Shown here: piece after piece, positions 24,190 to 38,635 of the stretch | Numbering within the stretch: position 1 is the first letter of the stretch | How the letters are laid out: every line of letters starts with the position of its first letter | Origin: Octopus sinensis | Taxonomy: Eukaryota | Reading direction: 5' to 3' | Assembly: GCF_006345805.1 (NCBI RefSeq) | Contig: NC_043010.1 | Span: 16,802,001-16,866,000, forward strand | Length of the DNA stretch: 64,000 bases | Translations under genes and position numbers: made by a program | Notes under the pieces: generated by a model | Told to the model about the DNA's origin: nothing | The model's database searches: none | The model's input: only the letters and a program-made list of their open reading frames with translations

Positions 24190-24420
24190 GTATTATCATG
24201 AGCACTGTCACCAGCATTTTACAGCTTCTTCCATGACTAACATGTCTTCCTTTCTCATCTCCTCTCTTAAGTCCAGCTTCCAGAAATCAGATTCCACCAC
24301 TTCTCAAACACTGTGGTCCTTCCTCTCTCAAAGCTTTCTTACACACAAAGCACTTCTTTGCCCAACTGCTACCCTCCATTTACATCACATACCTGTGCCA
24401 TCTTCAATAGACATCACATG
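24190..24420 (-). mobile_element. Decayed RTE ORF 3'-end fragment
   Basis: Resembles the reverse complement of the RTE C-terminal region seen at 9540-9780. Confidence 0.55.
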
Positions 24421-24423
24421 TAA

Positions 24424-24640
24424 GGCGGCGAGCTGGCAGAAATGTTAGTGCACTGGGTAAAATGCTTGGCAGCATTCTGTCCTTCTTTAAGTTCTGAGTT
24501 CAAATTCCACCGAGGTCGACTTTGCTTTTCATCCTTTCGGGGTCAATAAATTAAGTACTAGTTGCATACTGGGGTCAATCTAATCGACTGGCCCCCTCCC
24601 CACCAAAATTTCAGGCCTTGTGCCTAGAGTAGAAAAGAAT
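24424..24640 (+). mobile_element. SINE family B (tRNA head with Nin/Deu-like central domain). Other copies at about 29834-30064(-), 35524-35748(+); partial at 17160-17285, 22130-22270, 47070-47250, 63740-63965
   Basis: ggcggcgagctggcagaa head, gagttcaaattcc B box and gtcgactttgc.tttcatcctttcggggtc.ataaa core. The core resembles the Nin/Deu SINE domain from memory. Confidence 0.85.
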
Positions 24641-25582
24641 GTACATCACATGTTCCCTATCTCTTGCATATTCACTTCTCTCTCCTCCTCCTCCCCCCAT
24701 CAGCTCATCTCTCCTCCACCATCCAAGCATACAAACATTACTTGTACAACCTTCACCCATCCTCTTCCTGTTACCTCCAGGGTTCACTAACAAACTATAA
24801 TATTGTAGTTCATAAAACCTAGCACCCCATTAGTCACGATGACAGGGGTCCCAGTTGATTCGATCAACGGAACAGCCTGCTCGTGAAATTAATGTACAAG
24901 TGGCTGAGAACTCCACAGACATCCGTACCGTTAATGTAGGTCCCAAAGAGATTCAACGTGACAGAGAATGTGACCAGGCTGACCCTTTGAAACAACTCAA
25001 TTTTCCTTTTGTTTTTGTTTTTTAAAACAACTCACCTTTGCCAGGTGGGTGGAATGGAGCAACGTGAAACAAAGAGTCTTGCTGAAGGACACAGTGCACT
25101 GCTGGAAATCCAACTCATAACCTCACGATTCAGCTGAATGCCCGAACCACTAAGCTACTCACTTTCAAACAGACGCAAAAATACAAAAGGGGTCTTCATA
25201 AGCAGGACGGAATAGTTCTCTGAATATCCTGCAGACCATTCTTATTCTGGTTACTTTTGCAACACACACACACCTCCGCTGCTTTAAAATCCCTGGCAGA
25301 TAAAGGTTAGTGACAGGAGGAGCGTCCATCTGTAAAAATTCTGGTTCAATTATCTCCCACCTAGCATGGAAAAATAAACGTTAAATGAAACGAATGGATA
25401 AATATTTCCAATATTAACCCCTGTAAAGAGGTACGTAAATAGATATGGAGAGACAGATGGACGGACAGACAGACAAATTAATAGACACAACTCACAGACA
25501 GATACAAACAAATAGACAGACAGCCAGATAAATGGAAAGACAGACAAGCAGGCTGACAGACTTATGGCTGCGAGTGAGTGAA

Positions 25583-25613
<31 letters not shown>

Positions 25614-25780
25614 AAAAGAGAGAGAGCAAAGTGTAGTGTATTACACCAAGGAAGAGGAGTGATGGTAAGAGAAGGAATAAGTAAGAGGCAGCAGTTGTTT
25701 TCCTTTCATTTTAGATTTGGCAAGAGTAGGAACTGTCCACTATATTGTGAATCACTACACTCTCACCCCCACCCCCACAG

Positions 25781-25814
<34 letters not shown>

Positions 25815-26163
25815 ACACACGCAGATATACATACATGTACACGTACATTGATATACATAAGAAATATTTAGACTCAGAGAGAAATATCTGTTTATAACAC
25901 ACACACGTGTGTGTGTGTGTGTGTGTGCAAACAAGTGTACACGTGGATAACTATACAAACATAAAAAGAGGAAAACAAAGGAACGCAAAAAGAAACACAC
26001 ATTTTGGTGGTTGCAAAGACATACGTAGACAGACACACAGAGAAATTTAGATTCACAACATACACACACACACACACAGAGTTACTTAGACAAACACGAA
26101 CTGCTGAAGATATAAATATTTGTCTCAGACAAAAAACAAAAAAAAAAAGCAAACTCACACGCG

Positions 26164-26194
<31 letters not shown>

Positions 26195-26616
26195 ATACAC
26201 ATACACACGCGCACGCGAGAACACACACTTCTGAGTTCTACTAGTGTTAGTTAAGTACTATAAACCAGTCAAACATAATATCACCTTTTAAACCTAAGTC
26301 CAGCCACACTTCCACCTTTTATTTTACCTGTCAATGTGACTGACCTTAACTGCACCTTCATGCACACACACATACACACACACACACACATGCTACACAA
26401 GTGATGATGTATCAGAGACAAATAAACATCTGCAAGATCTTCTTAAAGATGATGAACAAGTGGAGATGCTTTCGTTCATAACCTTTTAACCAGGCAAGGT
26501 GGCCAGTCGAAATTAACTCCGAATTAAAAGGAGGAACCCCACCCCCGAATACACACACACGTATATATAAACAGGTTATTTTGAAAGTGAAATTGTCTGT
26601 GCATTGGCCAACTCAC

Positions 26617-26765
26617 AGCATGGTGGGCCAAGTATTGCATTTTGTTAGGACTCTACTTTGAGACTGGCTCGGTTTGGTTTGCTTGGTCTGACCCCATTGC
26701 CAAATGTAGTTTTCAGTCTCATGAAAGCAAAGAACCTCCCTACCCACAAATTTAATTATTTTCAT
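26617..26765 (-). CDS. Candidate exon (MKIIKFVGREVLCFHETENYIWQWGQTKQTKPSQSQSRVLTKCNTWPTM+CT)
   Basis: 49 open codons ending at a GTGAGT donor in phase 2, the phase required by exon 18885-19039. The acceptor is ambiguous. Confidence 0.3.
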
Positions 26766-27267
26766 TCTTCTCCCAGTGTGAAAATACAAAATTCAGTTTT
26801 TGAAATCTCTCCTATAAACACCATCATCATCATCCTCATCATCATTATCACTGAACATCTAGCTTTCATGCTGGCATAGGTTGGATGATTTAATAGGATC
26901 CAAGTTCAAAGACTATGTTGAACTCCAGTATCTACTTAAGCATGGTTACCATGGCTGGATGCCCTTTCTCCTGTCGACCACTTTACAGAGTATAATCAAT
27001 GCTATTCCCATGGCACTTGCACCAGTTAGGTCATCATGCAGCACACAAGACTAAGATCCCCTTCAACAGAGTGGAGCTACTGTAGCGAGGGAAAGGACTT
27101 TATGCAAGGCAATAAGGGGTTAAGGTCTGCAAGATGGAGCCAGACCAGAATAGTTCCTTGTTGTAGAGGAGATAGGGGTAGGAGTAACCAAGGTGAAAAT
27201 GGGAAGAGAGATAAAATGGTGGTGATGAGATGTCAGGGTGGATTTTCAAGGTATATACATCATCCTA

Positions 27268-27320
<53 letters not shown>

Positions 27321-27374
27321 AACATATATATATATATCTATATATATATGTTTGTGTATATATATATAATAGAA

Positions 27375-27406
<32 letters not shown>

Positions 27407-27889
27407 CTGGAATTTACAGAAAAACAAAAGATGAAGCCAGGTGTATGAACAACAAGCAGGTGTATAAGTTTGATGCTCGGGAAAAATGAAAAAATCTTTT
27501 ACATTTTGAGCCAACACTCTTCAATAGAAAGGAATAAGAGAAAATAAACAGAGAGAGAATGAAAAAAACTTGTAGATTTCAGCAACCCAACATGGTATAT
27601 ATGTAAATCATAGGTGACTCCAGGTCATCAGCGTCACTCGGGCTCATCACAGATTTCACATAAGACACATGTCTGCTTGAAGAATTTCACATTTTTCCAC
27701 ATATTTCTAGCCCCAAATGGCTTTTTTTTTTTTTAATATCTTGTCTTTCTCCATTTCTAAGTTAAGAGTTAAAATAAAGCAACCCTGAAAAATACAACTG
27801 ATCTTTACACACAGAATAACAGCAATCAAATTACAACATCAGTGAGCTGACTGTCTCCTGTCCTCTTGACAAGAGATGCCAGTTAGTCT

Positions 27890-28460
27890 TTTACACCTAC
27901 CAGACTCGGTATTAGCCCGAGTTGCTGGATAATTCTTCGTTCCTCTAAGAATATTGTAAAACGGCAACTTTTCATAGATTGGAATTTAAATCCTAATCTT
28001 TATAGAAATTTATTGTTTCAAGAAAACATTGAATTTGAATTACTTTCAATTTTTACGATTATCGATAACAACACGGGTCTTAACTTCTGAGTCCAAGTCA
28101 GGTGTGTGTAAACGATGTCGAGAGAACGTCTGCTATGAATGATATTTTTTGACACAGGGCTCCTCTAAGACGACTGCCAGATGCTGAATGAAAATAAATG
28201 AACTGCAACCAGGCTCAATAGAATGAACCCGAATTATTGGTTGTAATTACATACTTGAAGTGAGAACATACCTGAAGGCTAAACAGCTCAAGTGCCAGAG
28301 TCGCCACTGATATATGGATATATGCAAATTTATTTGTGGTGCTTATTCCAAAAGTGTGCTTTGCATTGAAGACAGTTGTACTATTTTCTGCTCAAACCTT
28401 TAATATTTCGCTCTAAACCTAAGTACTAAGCAAACCCTAAGTTGGCCTTTAGCTTATAAC
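27890..28460. promoter_or_regulatory. CpG islet containing minus-strand splice sites (candidate promoter or 5' exons)
   Basis: Local CpG retention, a CAG|gtatgt donor at 28272/28271 and an octamer ATTTGCAT on the minus strand near 28325. Confidence 0.4.
27901..27944 (-). CDS. Candidate 44-nt exon (phase 1-0: ERRIIQQLGLIPSL), coding or UTR
   Basis: gttttacaatattcttag| acceptor and CTG|gtaggt donor. Confidence 0.4.
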
Positions 28461-28797
28461 TCATTCTACCGACTGGTTTAACACACATCAACAATACACA
28501 GGTTGATCATTGTAGAACTGTCTTCAAACAGTGCTGACCAGGAAAGTTAAGCAACACCACCAACAACAACAACAATGTGCACAACAACACTGGCACAGTG
28601 AGCTTCAAGCTAAATGTTGGCAAATAAATAAATAAAATTGATTTTATTAAAATCATCAAAAGCCATCTTAAGCAGCAGATATGTCTGGAAAGACATTTTG
28701 ATCTCACACCCCATCGCCACTACTCTCATAACATACACTTCCCATCAAGTTTATACACACACACACACACACATGTATGTATGCATGTGTATATATA

Positions 28798-28848
<51 letters not shown>

Positions 28849-28971
28849 ATATGTGTGTGCATATATGCATGTATATGTGTGTGCGTGCATATATATATGT
28901 ATGTATATATGTGTGCATATATATATATATATGTATGTATATATGTGTGTATATATGTATATATATATGTG

Positions 28972-29015
<44 letters not shown>

Positions 29016-29046
29016 GTGTGCATATATATATATGTATATATATGAG

Positions 29047-29107
<61 letters not shown>

Positions 29108-30396
29108 ATAGATAGATAGATAGATAAATAGATAGGTAGGTAGATAGAGGTGTATGTGTGTGTAACACATACAATCATGCATGCACACACACACACACAC
29201 ACACAACCCATTATCTCTATATATATAATCAATACATTCCTACAGAAAGAAATACCGTAATGTGTTTGTGCACACACACACACACACACACATGTGGGGA
29301 AAAGGGAAGATATATGTATCTGGGTCAGTGTGTGTGCATGTTTTATGGGTATAAGTGCATATGTATGTGTACGTGTGTGTGTGTGCCTGAATATGCAAGT
29401 GCATGTGGTGGTGGTGGTGGTGGTGGAGGAACGATTTATAGTAAGCCATCGTGCAAGAGATATTTTAACAATCTCCAATTTTGGAACCTCAAATTTCTGA
29501 AGTAAAAGACAGTGAGTGTATATATGTGTGTATATGTATGGACATATACACTCAGTGTATACGTGAAGTGTGCACGTATGTGTACGTATGTCTTTCTTTG
29601 TCTTCTGAGTCTAGTGACAATGAAATGTAAGGAGATCTGCAGATGATGTTCTTGACTCATTTCCCCCACCCCACCCCCGTATCACTTGCAGTTTGACCTG
29701 AAATCCAAGTTACTTACGAACATCTATCAAAACCTAACAATGTTTCTCACCTGTTAATTAATAAGTCAGGCATTCTGTACTTTTCCTTCAAAATGTTCAC
29801 CTTTAAATAAGTCACCTCTGACATTTATTATACCTATTTCTTTACTACCCGCAAGGGGCTAAACACAGAGGGAACAAACAAGGACAGACAAACGGATTAA
29901 GTCGATTATATCAACCCCAGTGCATAACTGGTACTTATTTAATCGACCCCAAAAGGATGAAAGGCAAAGTTGACCTCGGCAGAATTTGAACTCACAACAT
30001 AATGGCAGACGAAATACGGCTATGCATTTCGCTTGGCGTGGAATGTTTCTGCCAGCTCGCTGCCTGACATTTATTATAGCTTTAAATGTTTCTGATGGAT
30101 CAAACAATCTTCAGGTATTCTTCAATCATTTCCACTTTTCTACTATTAAGTCCAGAATGTTATGTTGCACATGCACACATGTAGGTGTGCATGTCTATCT
30201 ATCTATCTATTCATTTGTTTATCTCTCTCTTTCTGTGCGCACACACACACACACACACACACAAATACACATTGTTTCGAGAGAAATCTAACGTGTGCAG
30301 TGCAGGATGTGTCTGAGGAATATTCAGCCATTTAAGTGCTAATTCAACGAGCAAGTTAACTGATTTGATTGAACAAATGAATTCTCATAATTGAAA

Positions 30397-30434
<38 letters not shown>

Positions 30435-32753
30435 TACACATACACATTTGCATCCATTTAGTATTGACTGTCAAAAGAAAGAGTGCTAAATACCATACAG
30501 GAGATTAATAATGTTTACATTTTGGTCAGTGTCCTGCTGTCTTGCTGCTCTGAAGTGGCACAGGATCATCATCAGGCAGGTTACGACTGCTGATCCTGTG
30601 AACACAGGTGAACCTTCAGAGCAGCAAGGCACTGACACTGGATGGTCAAATGATGTGGGTGTGAAAAGCAATTAAGCAAAAATCAAATGGAATGCACAAT
30701 AGTGCAAGATTGAGTTGAATAATATTCATTGAAAGGAGGGGGTGGGGGTGTAAGTGACAGCTCACACTTGGGTCTGTCTGTGATTGAGGATCAGGGTCAA
30801 GAAAGCCTGATAAGTAACTCAAAATCTCTCAGCTTTCAACAAATGAAGATATATATACATAACCATCGTCATAATCATTTAATGTCCGTTTCCCATGCTG
30901 GCATCGGTCAGCTGGTTTGGCAGGAGCCAGTAAACCAGAGGACTGCACCAATGTCTGCTTTGGCATGCTCTCTATGGCTGGATGCCCTTCCTAATGCCAA
31001 CTGCTTTACAAAGTGTGCAGAGTGCTTTTTTTTTAATGGCACCAGCACTAGTGATGATTGTCTTGTAACATGCTAGGCTAAAGACCTAAAGTGGTTCCCA
31101 TAACTGAGAGAGGAAAGGGATTACTTTAGGGCCTCTCTCCACACACACACACTTTCTTATGTTGCTATGAATATCAGTCACATTATTAACACATATTCCA
31201 AACTGTGACAGAACAAATAATGTACATAATACATTAATGAGTAATAAAGCTTATTTATACTTGCAATAAGTATAATTTTATTAGAGTTAAACATGCAACA
31301 TGGCATTCCATTTTATTATACACACATACATATACATACATACATACACACATAAATATACATACACACATAAATATACATACACACATAAATATACATA
31401 CACACATACATACATACATACATATACATACACACATAAATATACATACACACATACATACATACATAAATAAACATACACATACATACACACATACATA
31501 CATACACACATAAATAAACATACATACACATACACACATACATACACATACATACATACACACACACATACACACACACATACATACACACATACATACA
31601 CACACATACATACATACATACACACATACATACATACACACATACATACACACACATACATACACACACATACATACACACACACACACACACATACATA
31701 CATCTGTATTAAAATAATATTGTCATCATTGATGGTACCCTTTCACATCCTGCCACTACTCTCATCCTTATCTCTCTTGCTAGCTCCACTCTTGTATAAG
31801 GAAGCCACATATCTGTCTCATTTACAGCAACAACCTGTTCCAGCCCCTTCATACACATGTTAACTTCTAAAGCTGCTTCCCACATGAATATAGTCCCACT
31901 CGATCAAGGGGAATTTTAGCACTTCCAGCTGCATGGTGACCTCGCTAGTGCTGGTGCCATGAAAAAAGCAGCCCCTACATGCTGTAAGATGGTTGATATA
32001 AGGAAGGGCATCCAACTGTAAAATCATGCCAAGACAGACACTGGGTTGTAGTATAGTCCTTGGACTTGTCCGATCATGTCAAACCATCCAACCCATGCCA
32101 GCATGGAAACAGGACATTAAATGGTAATGACGATGATGTGTTATGTGCATGCGTGTATGTATATCTATATGTACACACATATACATGTGCGTGCATATGT
32201 ATTCATATGTGTGTGTATTTATAAATGCACATCTAAAATTATGCATACAAAAATATTGATAGGTTTCCATGTGTGTGTGTGTAAACTACTCGTCAGTCTA
32301 TGTAAGGCAGTGGTTAATATTCCACCAATATTTAATGCTATTTCACTCCAAAATTCAAATGTTCCTTTAGTTATGTCTTTATATTGAAAAACAAAAATTA
32401 TTAACCAACAAGCCATAAAGAAGGCAAAATAAAATATTTTTATTATTATTTTAAAGTACACGAGCTTTCAGCTTTTGACCTGTTGGGTATTTTAACCACT
32501 TACATCTTCTTGAAATGTTCTCATAATTTATCGAGAACATTTGAAAGAACATAAAAGACTCACACAACATTTCTTATATACACACACACACACACCTAAT
32601 ATTTATTGCAAGAAATGATATTTTGCCAATATCTCAAAAGCCTTCTGCTGCCATTTTCATAAAATTCAGGTAGTCTTGATTTAAAATTTTTAAAAATCAT
32701 ATTTATAAAAAAAAAGCCTTATAGTAGTAGATTAATAAAAAAAAAAAAAATAC

Positions 32754-32795
32754 TATTTTTCTGAGAATTTGGCACATTTCTGGAAAGATGGTGAT
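32754..32795 (-). CDS. Candidate 42-nt symmetric exon
   Basis: A ~40-nt pyrimidine tract ending cattcag; all three frames open; ATA|gtattt donor is weak. Confidence 0.33.
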
Positions 32796-33856
32796 CTGAA
32801 TGAAGAGAAGAGAAAAGAAATACAAAAGAAGAAAAGGGTCTTTTTTAAAAGTTTGCCAACATAATTACAGGCTTTACAACACACATTAGATACTATTTTA
32901 ATTATTTAATGAAATGTTTTGTGAAAAATGATGTGAAATGGGTCTTCTATTGAGAACTGGTGCCAGGAGGTTTCTGTAATAGAACTAAAATCACTACAAT
33001 CCAAAGCATCAACTCTAGATTTTGGTTGGTGTCGGATGAAGTAACATTTGAAATATTACAAACTACACAGAATTATTTGTAGAATCTAAAATGACTAAAA
33101 GCAAAGTCATTGAATAGAAGATCCTGCTGGATTTCTTGGAAAGAAATTATATTCTATCCTAAGTGATGATGGTTAGACTTCCATTGAGAAGCTGTCAAGC
33201 AATGTGTCACGCAGAGCTTGAGGCATGAAACAGTAGCTTGATTAAAAGAAAACAGCCTCAGGGTGAAGACTTATTTTCAGGGGTTTCACACCACAGCATC
33301 TTGGATAAAGGACTCTTGCTATAGGCCAAAGCAGATCAAAGCCTGTAAGTGGGACCCAAAAGAAGCCTGTTGTTCATATGTATGTATGTGTGTATATATG
33401 TATGTGTGTGTGTGTTCGCATATTCTTCAAATATTGTCAACTACAGGCAGTGAAAATGTGGTCATTTTCCTTGTCAAAAAAGTAATCTCCTGGGTTTACC
33501 CTTTCAAAGACATGTAAAATAAAGGAAAATAGATTCTTTTCTTGAAAAAATAAGAGTAAGGGCTTCAAGCAGTAAAATAATATCACAATAACACCTTCAT
33601 CTAACCCATGCCAGCATGGAATAACAGACGTAAAAACAAACAATGTCCGGAAAGTTGCCTTACATATTATGGAGGAAGCTGAGTTAAGAAGTCAATGCTG
33701 TCTAATGACACCAAGTTGCAAACTGAGAGGGAACCAGAATTTTGGTATACCAAATATATGAATGATTCAGACTGGTTGAGAAGCATACAAGAAAACTAAG
33801 GCCTAACACCACCACCAACGCCACCACCACCGCCGCCGTATAGTGTATATGCATGC

Positions 33857-33887
33857 ACTGGCACTATGACCCGGCGTTGCCGGGTCA
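33857..33887. repeat. Short GC-rich palindrome, probably a rolling-circle (Helitron/Helentron-type) terminal remnant
   Basis: actggcacta-TGACCCGGC-gtt-GCCGGGTCA: perfect 9-bp stem with a 3-nt loop. The family assignment is inference. Confidence 0.5.
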
Positions 33888-36800
33888 GACAGATATGTTA
33901 TGTATGTAGTCATATACACAGACATCTCAAAAGTAAATAACCTCATTTTAGAAACAAATGCAGGTATAGATGGCTATCTCATCAGATCAACAGAATATCG
34001 TGGTTGCATTCGTTTTTTTCAACTCCTTAGGACTCTACATTACACTTTTACAAATTGGGGAATATCACGTGCTTTGTAGGCTGCTGGTCCACTAAAGGAA
34101 CTTTTGGGGGATTACCACAAGATTGTATAAACCCATATATTTTGCATCAAATTTACATGTGTGTGTGTGTGTAGATACTATCAGTCAGTGAAAACTGAGA
34201 GTCTGCTTCATTTTTGGAGGAGTGTGGGGGTGGGGGCGGGGAAATAATTGTAATAGTTTATGTCTTGGAGGATTTTTAAAAGTTCGTCAAGTTCTAATTA
34301 TTGTCTCCTAATATGTCATTTGAGTGGCAGTTAACAATTGCCAGTTGATAATTTGATGGAAATTCTTAAATAATACTGTCAAATGGATTTTGAAAGATTT
34401 TTTAATGGTTCTACATTTTCATCGAGATCAGAAAAAAATCTGTCAAAACTCTGGCACCAGACTAACGAGAAAGTCTGCAATAAATTCAAAAGGAAACGTA
34501 GCGTTTGTTTTTTGTTTCTTCTTTTATTTTCCATTTTTCTTGAAGTTATTTGCCATTAGCTGGGAGTGAAAAAAATAAAGGAAATTTATATTTAAAAGCT
34601 TTCATTGTAGAGTTTATGCTGCATAGAAGTAGAGAATTGTCTTCTAATCTAAAACTGAACTTGTTAAGCATCACCATTCAATCAGCTGACATTGCCAATT
34701 CCTATAAAGATTCACTGTTTAAAGAAATTGGTAGTGCTTGAACAGAGTTTTTTTCTCTTTCGAAAAAAACCCCCGAAATATCCATCTGCTGCTGAAGAGA
34801 TAAAAAATCATGAGCCAACCTTAGCACATTTAAGCCATCTTATGGCAGTGAAGTATGGTAAGTCCTAATATTCCAATGGTTGGAATGGACAATGGCTAGA
34901 TGCATGGGGTCAAGTGAAATCCACTGCTGAGATGCAGGTGTTGTGGTGTGTTTAAGGAGTTTGCTTTGCAATCACATGGTTCTGGGTTCAATCTCACTGC
35001 ATGGAACCTTGGACAGGTGTGTTCTAGTATAACTTGAGGCCAACCAAAGCCCCTTGTAAGTGTCTTTGGTAGATGGAAACTGAAAGAAGCCTATTGTGTG
35101 TGTATGTGTGTGCGTGTCTCCTTGTCTTGACATTCTGTGAATGTCATTCATTTTCAATATCCTGCAAAAAAATTAATCAGCTCAGAAACAAGGATTGGCA
35201 ACAGAAACGACAACTGGCTGCAAAATATCTGCCTCAATAAACCTCCATCTGATCCGAGATGATGACGATGATGATGACAACTGGATCTGTCAGACATGAT
35301 AGATTTTAAACTCTTACCACAAACAATCTGCTGAGGAATGGTTCCCGTCAAATACCACAGGACCTGTGGCTTATGTGTTATGCAGGTCTTCTATCAAATA
35401 TAATTGGGAGCAGTTTGTTAATTAACTCATGTCATCAGCAGGATGGTGACCACTGGACAATCATGAGTCATTTAAAATGCTAGAAATAGCAGTTTATTTT
35501 CTATTACATTATATTGAATAAAAGGCGGCGAGCTGCCAGAAACGTTAGCACGCCGGGCAAAATGCATAGCTGTATTTTGTCTGCCGTTGCATTCTGAGTT
35601 CAAATTCCGCCAAGGTCGACTTCGCCTTTCATCTTTTCGGGGTTGATAAATTAAGTGCCAGTTACGCACTGGGGTAATCGACTTAATCCGTTTGTCTGTC
35701 CTTGTTTGTCCCCTCTGTGTTTAGCCCCTTGTGGGTAGTAAAGAAATATATATTGAATAATGTAATGTGAGATAAACTGTCTGAGTAGGGCGTGGCTGGA
35801 ATGTCTTTGATAATATGTTTCCTAAATCAAATTTGATGACTCGGGGTTAAACAGTAGAGTAACAATAAGGCACCATTTGTCATGGGTGAGCAAGAGAGTG
35901 AGTGGGGTATCACCAAACAAGATGAATCAGAAATAACGAGATGAACACAACCTAATTAGAGGAGTATGACCTTAATATGTGGAGGGGGTCTGATTTATTA
36001 AGTGCAATAAAGGAAAAATAACTGAATCTCCAAAGAAACATTGTGATGTAACAAAATGAGTCTTATTGTTGTTTAGCAAAGAGATTCAGTTCTGACTGAA
36101 AACAGGTCAATCTCCAGTGATGGCCACACAACCTGATTGTGCTCCTCAGAATGTTCCTTCCCCTTTTTATGGTGATCAGGTGAGATTTGAGAGAGCCTTA
36201 GCTGTTAGTGTTAGCAGATCAAGCAATAATGACATAGAGGAGCTCGTATGATCTGATTGGACTTCATTAAATATAATCAAATTCATTGACTGATTGATCT
36301 GTGACTCAAGCAGCAAAAAGGAACCGAAAGCCAAAAGAGGAGTTGGGCCCAAGTTAGCTATTTGTTTTTAGCCCTAGGTTGGCACTGATGAAGCAAGCTT
36401 ATGCTCAAAAACATTCCAAATGTGGCCATCCCATTTTTTATGTATGTAGAGCTATATTATACAATGTATCCTTCTATTTTTTCAAAACAGTAAGGTGTGA
36501 TTTGAGGAAATTTGGTTTGTTATTTTTAGCAATTCAAATGTAAAGTTTCTCTTTTAAGATAGCATCTGACAAAAAGAGAAGTGAATGTAGTCAGGTATTG
36601 TTGATAAGGGAGGAGGAGGATGAAGGGGAGGGGAGGAGGGTAGAGACATGCATTGTTGATTTCGTACATCCCCAGATCAGACTTGATTGAACAATAATAC
36701 ATTTAGGTAGTTGGACATATGACTACATGTCACCTAAATGGTTACATGTAGCCTCCAAAATACTGATTGCTCCACATTTATCATGCCTGTGCCTACCTAA

Positions 36801-37524
36801 TGATTATACTGAGTACTCCACCGTACACCATACATGTTAGACATACCATATGCATTCCTTATACCTCTATTTGTTAGCCGATCTTATATACCTGTGCATG
36901 TGCTCATCATGTTGAATTATTAACCCCTACACATTTTTTTCTGCTACTTTTACTTCTCTCTCTCTCAATCCTTTCTGTCAAAGAGCTTAGGCTTGAAACA
37001 TCAAAGACTTTTCCATCCTTCCTGAGCGTCAAACTAATACACCTGCTTGTTGCCCCTTCACCTGCCTTTGCCTTCTGTTTTCTGTAAATTTGAACTACAT
37101 GTTTATGAGCAGTCTGTGTGTGTTTGCGTGGAGTGTACGATGATGATGATTATCCTCATCATCATTTAACATCCATTTTTCCAAGCCTGCATGGATCAAA
37201 CAGAATTTGTCACCAACCGTCACTTGTTTCCAAGCAAGGCAATACATTCCATTGCTCTTCATAGAAAATTGGAAACAAACACCATTGCTTGTATCATGGT
37301 AAAGTTTCTTTTATAACAATCACGTGATGTCAAGACAAGGCCACACACACACAAAGGGGTTCTTTCAGTTTCCATCTGCTGAATCTCTTGAGAAGACTTT
37401 GGTCAGCCCAGGGCTGGAGAAAAGGAGACTTCTTGCCCAAGATGAACCCAGGGCCACATGATTGGGAAACAAACTTCTCAATTACACAGCCATGTCTGTG
37501 ATGGGTGGGCTGTGTATACATACA

Positions 37525-37666
<142 letters not shown>

Positions 37667-37698
37667 CATGCATATATACATGCATATATGTATATGTA

Positions 37699-37737
<39 letters not shown>

Positions 37738-37847
37738 GCATGCATATATACATGCATATATATGTATGTACATATATATATATATATAGATATATATATA
37801 TATATATATAAAACGCACACACACACTTAAAAATAGATCATATATAT

Positions 37848-37892
<45 letters not shown>

Positions 37893-37933
37893 CGTGTAAT
37901 CGAATAACTATGAAATCCTGTTTAACGAGGCCA

Positions 37934-38051
37934 TATAAATAAGACAGATATATTAAGAAAGAGTTAAAAAAGAAAAAGAGAGGAAACGGAGAAAGAAGAG
38001 GAGGAAGAGGAGGAGACAGAAGTGCCTTAAGAGATGTGAAATGAGGTAAGT
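37934..38051 (+). promoter_or_regulatory. Candidate TATA promoter and first exon of a plus-strand transcript
   Basis: TATAAAT at 37934-37940, a purine-rich leader, then ATGAG|GTAAGT (donor after 38045), at the edge of a CpG-rich block. Confidence 0.4.
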
Positions 38052-38604
38052 ATCGATCTGTAGAAGCCGAAGATACGAGATCTAGCTCAGCTGTCTGAAT
38101 GTGGATAATGTAATTTAACACAGCCGTCGCCATCTCCACCACCATCTCATAATAGTAATGATAATAATAATAGTCACCCACTCAACGTCTCGTCTGTCAG
38201 CAGACGGGGAGGAGGTGTGGGTGGGAACCGTAGTATTGTCTATAAAAAAAAAGAAATATTAAAGAAAAACACGACGACGACAATGATGCCGATGACACGG
38301 TAGCGATAACATAAATAAGGATGCTTAATTTGGGTCAGTTGATGATGGGGGACCTTGCTCCCTAACCCCCACTTTTAAACCCTTGTCGTATCGATAATGG
38401 TGATTGGGTGTGGGCGAAGAACGGTGGTTGACTGATTGGTTTTTTTTATGCTGAAGTACGTCGCATTAGAAAATTTCGTCGACAACATTTAAAACCCAAA
38501 ACACACCAGACGCACTTTATATACACCCGTACACACACTAGACGTGCATATATATATATACATGGATACATACTGTAGAAGCACTTATATACATGAATAC
38601 ACAT

Positions 38605-38635
<31 letters not shown>

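Noticed and set aside
26401-26480. C-box GTGATGA (snoRNA) or acidic plus-strand peptide
   Set aside because: No D box at a suitable distance and no terminal stem.
28419-28432. ctaagtacta match to the miR-252 5' end
   Set aside because: Only 10 nt match and no hairpin.
29720-29765. Minus-strand GTAAGT donor and AG|GTGAGA motif
   Set aside because: The 33-nt exon has stops in all frames; the shorter acceptors are weak.
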